A stretch of DNA of 64,000 bases from Clostridiaceae bacterium. Its GTDB lineage: Bacteria; Bacillota; Clostridia; Saccharofermentanales; UBA5734. The stretch's first letter is position 1. Every line of letters begins with the position of its first letter. The DNA lies in assembly GCA_034927345.1 (NCBI GenBank), contig JAYFQE010000023.1, positions 80,393-144,392 on the forward strand, given 5' to 3'. Made by a program: the position numbers and the translations under genes. The notes beneath the pieces were generated by a model. It saw only the letters and a list, made by a program, of their open reading frames with translations, was not told the origin of the DNA and did not search any database. Positions 59,840 to 64,000 of this stretch are shown in pieces.

Positions 59840-62800
59840 AATCTATCCTCCGGCTTTTGAACATCATCCGGGCAGGCACCCTGATCATCGCAAGACCCCT
59901 CGCGCAGTCGCCGAATAAACTCTTCTTTTTTCGATATTGCGCGGCCATCCGGTTTCAAGCGGCAATGGAGCGGCTGCATCCGGCGATAAGCGCCGGTATC
60001 GGCGTTAAAGCCGCAGACTGCCTGATAAATGCAGAAATCGCAGGGCGGCCGGCGGCCCGGGCGTTTAACCGGCTTAACCGGGAACGACCCGGCCAGCATG
60101 TGTTCCGCCAGATCGGCAGCTTGCGCCAAAGAATAGCGGCAAACGCGTTCAATGTCCTCTGATCCCATTTGCATGCCCCGCAGCCCTTGTTCGCGGTCCA
60201 GCCTTTTTAAAATCAACGCCTCTGAAGGAATTTCACCAGCCTGCCAGGTCAGAACCGGCCGGTTCATCGGAGCATAAGCGGCGTCAACCGGCCGGCATTC
60301 CGGAAAAGCCTGCTGGTAGGCAGCCAGATAGACCGGCATCTGCAAGGCCAGCCCCAGAAAGAGGTCATCATAGTCTACCCGTTTTCCACCGCTCTTATAA
60401 TCGATAATGCGGAACCCGCCGCCGGTCATTTTATCGTTCAATCCAGGATAGTCTGCCGGGCTTTCCCGGTCGGCGCGGTCTATTTTTCCGCGCAGGCAGA
60501 CCGGCGCCGATCCGTTAACCGGCAACAGCAAAGGCTGGTTGCGGGGCCCAAAAGTCCACTCCAGATGAGCCGGCAGAAAGGTCTCCTGCTGATATTGGCG
60601 AATAACCGCTTTCAACGTGGATACCGCCACCCGGCCAACCCGCCGGCCAATCGAAGCCCGCAGGCCGTCGTCGAAAAACCGCGTCAGGCCATCCTGTTCA
60701 GCGGCGGCTGCCATCCAGCCGTTAACCGGTTCATCAAGATTTCCGGTCAGCCAGTTTTGCCAGAAAGCATCCCGCGCGGCGCGGTCTGTCGGGTCAAGCC
60801 GGCGCAAGTCCTGACAAAGCCGGCGTAAGGCCAATTCCAGGACAGCATGCAGCAAAACGCCGGTTTCCGTCGCCTGCGGCGCCCAAACCGGCCGGTCGTG
60901 CAAAGACAGAAACCGCTCGCTGAAATGCAGGAAAGGGCAGGCTGCATAGCGCTCCAGCTGGGAAACGCTCAGGACAACCGGATCACCGCTCAACTGGCGG
61001 ACATGCTCCGGCGATAATTCATTTTGCGGCAGCCGGCCTTTGTCGGCCGGCGGCATCAGGAGTCCCTGTTCGGCGAGAATTCGCCGGATCCGGGCATAAC
61101 CCAGGCGCTCTGCGGCCGGAAGCGTTTCATCGTTCTGTAAAACGGCCAGACTATAACGATAAGCAGGATGCAGAGCGTTCAGCCGCGCGTCTTCCCATCC
61201 CGGATGCAGAAGCAACGTCATCAGCGACCCCGGATACAGGGCGGCCAGACGTTTGAACCAGGGCGAGGTATTCGAGTCCGGTACCGTGAGATAGAGCAGA
61301 TCGGAAGAACCGGTCAGCAACGTATAGACATTGAAGGTATCGGCAAAAGTCTGATCCCGGGCACTGCTTGGCAGCTGACGGTTCAAGGCGCGCGACAGTG
61401 CCTGGCGGTCCGGGTCTTTGAGTAAGCCTTCCGGAGGCGGAGCCGGCGGCAAATGAGCGGACGAAGCGCCGATCAGGAAGAGAATCCGGGGCTGGCGCAG
61501 CATGGCCCGGCGCAGATCGCCGACGCCGACCTGATCCAGCGCCGATGGGATAACGCCGCTGGCTGCCGAATCCATCCCCGCTGCCAGCGTATCCCGGAAT
61601 GTCTGCAGCGAAAAAGGCAGGTCGCCGGCTAACCCGGCCAGTTGGCCAAGAATGCGGTCCAGCTCATTCCAGGATTGGGACAGCGCCACAGCAGCATCCA
61701 TGTCGCCTGCGGCAATCCAATCGGTTAATTGTTTATCAATACGTCCAGGCAAGTCATAATCGACCAGGAAGCGCCGCAAGGCCTGACATTTGGCACGGCC
61801 CGTCGGCGCCCGGCGCAGGTCGCCGGCTGCCTGGCGCAGCGGCAGCAGCGCCGCGTCGCGCAAGCGGATAAGCTCCAGCCAGGCTTCACGCTCTTCCGGC
61901 CCGGCCGAGTTGGCGTCGGTTAATTCGCCCGGTTCATCAAGATCCGGCCCCTCTTCATCCGCGGCAGAACCGACAACAGGTTCATCGCCGGCCGCAGGCT
62001 GTTGAACAAGCCCGGAACGGACCGGCAAGACACGATCGCGGTAATAACGGTCATCAAACAGACGATCAGGCCGGAACAGGCCGCGGGCCAGCCATTCATT
62101 TTCCAGCCGGTCGATTTCGGACGGTGACAGCGGCGTCAGGCCGGAACGCAGACAAGTCATCAAAGCAGAACGCGACCAGTTGGTCAATCCGATATCTAAA
62201 AGCCCCACAACAAACCGCATAAGCGGCGTGCCGCTCAGCGGCCGTTCCGAGTCGAGGAAAATCGGGATGCTGTATTCACGGCAAACCGAACGCAGCCGGG
62301 GCGCATAGCCGGACGGATCACATAAGGCCAGGGCTATATCCTGATAACGATAGTGTTCTGTTTGAACCAGGCGGCGGATCTCGCCGGCCAGCCAATTTAA
62401 TTCGTCATCCTGGCCGTTAGCTTGCACCAGATGAAGACGCAATCCGGCTTCATCTTTCTTTAAATCGGCGGCACGCCGGCTGGTTACGCCTGAATCTGAA
62501 CACAAGTCATCAGCCAGCAGACCATATAAACCTTCCGCCTGACAGACAACAGGAACCAGTTTTAGATCGGGATAATTCTGTTTAAGCCGCCAGGCTGTTT
62601 TCCGTCCCGGTAAAAAGCAGTCCGGACCCAGATCAATAGCCTGACGGTCAAAAGGCACCCGGTCGGCTGCAGCCGTAATGACCATATTTTCGGCCAGTCC
62701 GGCCAGTCCGGCTAAAACAGCATCTTCCTGAGGCGTAAAGTCACGTAATTCACCGAAACCACTGATCCAGATGCTCGTTTTTTTGAGCCAGGCCAGACGC

Positions 62801-63411
62801 TGCCAGGGCCAGGGCCAGGCATCTGCCGGCAGACCGGCCAGAATCTGCAGGACATCGGACAACCGGTTGAGATCGTCTTCCGCGTCGCAAAAGCCAAGTT
62901 CCTGTAAAGATCGATCATAATATTGCAAAAGGCAGCCTAAATCTTCAGTTTTATGCTGCAGGCTGGGTTCAGCCAATCCCGCTCCGGCCAATAATAATTG
63001 TTCGCCGCTGATCTGATATCGTTTCAGATCGCCGACAGCAGCCGACACCTGACTGATGAAACCCGGTTTGTCCGCCAGATAGCCAAGCATATGGAGCTGA
63101 CTCTGGTGTTCCTTCATCAGCCGATGTAAAAGCATGGCCTGGCCGACCTTATCAATCGGCCGCAGCGGCTGACGCCCCACTTCGCCGAGCAGACGCCAGG
63201 CCAGACGCCGGAAGCTCAGAACCTCGGCCATCATCAGTCCGGACTGGCCGGATTGGCGCAGGTAATCGCGCTCGACATCCATTTTGGTTTGTTCCGGCAC
63301 CAGCAATATGGCGCGTTTATCCGGCCAGGAAGCGGTTAACGCGCATACCTGACGCAGGCAGGCGTCTCTGAGAACGCCGCGTTGTGAACTAAAAAGCAAG
63401 GTTAACGTCAT
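59836..63411 (-). CDS. addB: ATP-dependent helicase/nuclease subunit B
   Basis: ~1190 aa; C-terminal nuclease domain with Fe-S cysteines (CDFCIYQAVCGF); start probably MTLTLLF (AAGGAGG upstream); ATGA overlap with addA. Confidence 0.9.
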   Translation of the reverse strand: MTLTLLFSSQRGVLRDACLRQVCALTASWPDKRAILLVPEQTKMDVERDYLRQSGQSGLMMAEVLSFRRLAWRLLGEVGRQPLRPIDKVGQAMLLHRLMKEHQSQLHMLGYLADKPGFISQVSAAVGDLKRYQISGEQLLLAGAGLAEPSLQHKTEDLGCLLQYYDRSLQELGFCDAEDDLNRLSDVLQILAGLPADAWPWPWQRLAWLKKTSIWISGFGELRDFTPQEDAVLAGLAGLAENMVITAAADRVPFDRQAIDLGPDCFLPGRKTAWRLKQNYPDLKLVPVVCQAEGLYGLLADDLCSDSGVTSRRAADLKKDEAGLRLHLVQANGQDDELNWLAGEIRRLVQTEHYRYQDIALALCDPSGYAPRLRSVCREYSIPIFLDSERPLSGTPLMRFVVGLLDIGLTNWSRSALMTCLRSGLTPLSPSEIDRLENEWLARGLFRPDRLFDDRYYRDRVLPVRSGLVQQPAAGDEPVVGSAADEEGPDLDEPGELTDANSAGPEEREAWLELIRLRDAALLPLRQAAGDLRRAPTGRAKCQALRRFLVDYDLPGRIDKQLTDWIAAGDMDAAVALSQSWNELDRILGQLAGLAGDLPFSLQTFRDTLAAGMDSAASGVIPSALDQVGVGDLRRAMLRQPRILFLIGASSAHLPPAPPPEGLLKDPDRQALSRALNRQLPSSARDQTFADTFNVYTLLTGSSDLLYLTVPDSNTSPWFKRLAALYPGSLMTLLLHPGWEDARLNALHPAYRYSLAVLQNDETLPAAERLGYARIRRILAEQGLLMPPADKGRLPQNELSPEHVRQLSGDPVVLSVSQLERYAACPFLHFSERFLSLHDRPVWAPQATETGVLLHAVLELALRRLCQDLRRLDPTDRAARDAFWQNWLTGNLDEPVNGWMAAAAEQDGLTRFFDDGLRASIGRRVGRVAVSTLKAVIRQYQQETFLPAHLEWTFGPRNQPLLLPVNGSAPVCLRGKIDRADRESPADYPGLNDKMTGGGFRIIDYKSGGKRVDYDDLFLGLALQMPVYLAAYQQAFPECRPVDAAYAPMNRPVLTWQAGEIPSEALILKRLDREQGLRGMQMGSEDIERVCRYSLAQAADLAEHMLAGSFPVKPVKRPGRRPPCDFCIYQAVCGFNADTGAYRRMQPLHCRLKPDGRAISKKEEFIRRLREGSCDDQGACPDDVQKPEDRL

Positions 63412-63594
63412 CAGCCAGCCTCCCTTGCCGACCAGTCTCAAGCCGGTCCGGCACTTTATTGGCTCCCCATCACGTCATCAAGAATCCACCGGCAGGATGC
63501 GTTCATCATTCGTTTATTATTGAACTCTCGTATTTTAACAATGTTTATGTTATCCTGCAACTGAATGTAAAATTTATTGGAGGACTGACCTGTA

Positions 63595-64000
63595 TTGAAC
63601 AATAACACATCCCCCCTGCCGGCTGAGAAAAAAGCATCCCGCTCGCCGGCGGATCATCAATATGACAAATACCCCCTCAGGCGCGGCCTGATAGGGAATC
63701 TCGCCTATACTTTCGGAGTGGCCTATACCCGCCTTGGCATCAAGCTGAGCGCCAAAGGTTTAGAGAACATTCCCCGCAGCATCCCTTACGTCATCGCCGC
63801 CAATCATGAGACTTATGTCGATGGCATGTGGATCGGCTCATACCTGCCGCGCCGGCATTTCCGTAAGTTCTGCTGTATTGCCGCCAAAGATCTGGAAGAC
63901 AGCCACGGCCTGCTCGGCAAACTGATTGTCCGGGTCGGTCGGGCGATCGCCGTCGACCGTTTCGGCAATCCGGTCCGCGGACTGATCATTGCCCGGCGGA
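63595..64000 (+). CDS. 1-acyl-sn-glycerol-3-phosphate acyltransferase-like protein (partial, runs off window end)
   Basis: Frame from TTG 63595 (GGAGG 10 nt upstream) encodes ...IPRSIPYVIAANHETYVDGMWIG... with HxxxxD acyltransferase motif; no stop before window end. Confidence 0.55.
   Translation, partial: MNNNTSPLPAEKKASRSPADHQYDKYPLRRGLIGNLAYTFGVAYTRLGIKLSAKGLENIPRSIPYVIAANHETYVDGMWIGSYLPRRHFRKFCCIAAKDLEDSHGLLGKLIVRVGRAIAVDRFGNPVRGLIIARR

Noticed and set aside
1-64000. Searched for CRISPR arrays, tRNA/rRNA genes, IS elements, integrases and phage or defence-system signatures
   Set aside because: None was found. The window is uninterrupted core metabolism and housekeeping genes, and its composition (apart from promoter-rich AT patches) is uniform.

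Overview
The window is a 64 kb stretch of core chromosome from a moderately high-GC Firmicute. The assignment to Clostridia is an inference from gene content, AGGAGG-type ribosome-binding sites and frequent GTG/TTG start codons.

The first ~8 kb (minus strand) is the S10-spc ribosomal-protein operon, from rpsJ through L3, L4, L23, L2, S19, L22, S3, L16, L29, S17, L14, L24, L5, S14(Z), S8 and L6 into a truncated L18. Its promoter and a ~280-nt leader lie immediately downstream of hslO. A tightly packed co-directional cluster, ftsE-ftsX-M23 peptidase-S41 (Ctp) protease-methyltransferase-hslO, runs straight into that operon.

Other content is housekeeping:
- a PucR-type regulator and an orphan MsmK/MsmX ATPase;
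- an arginine-biosynthesis operon (argC-argB-argD-argF) that lacks argJ and ends in a translationally coupled GNAT acetyltransferase;
- nnr-alr, followed by a cobalamin riboswitch-like leader with an intrinsic terminator in front of an ECF-transporter S component (CbrT-like), DUF2752 and zinc-ribbon/DUF4190-like membrane proteins;
- trxA, metA, a Udk-like kinase and a flotillin/NfeD/HTH operon;
- two polar amino-acid ABC transporters and an Fe-siderophore/B12-type ABC importer with a metallo-beta-lactamase fold hydrolase;
- dinB, a glpQ-MFS-ROK locus, a MATE exporter, a PAP2 phosphatase, a galactokinase-family kinase, tadA, addA and addB, and a truncated plsC-like acyltransferase at the right edge.

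No rRNA, tRNA, CRISPR array, IS element or prophage signature was seen. Many long listed ORFs antisense to real genes are GC-driven artefacts.

The most interesting unexplained material is the riboswitch-linked membrane-protein cluster at 22.3-24.8 kb. Next come the argJ-less arg operon with its coupled GNAT, and several small or uncharacterised gene pairs (47.3-49.2 kb, 52.5-53.8 kb).
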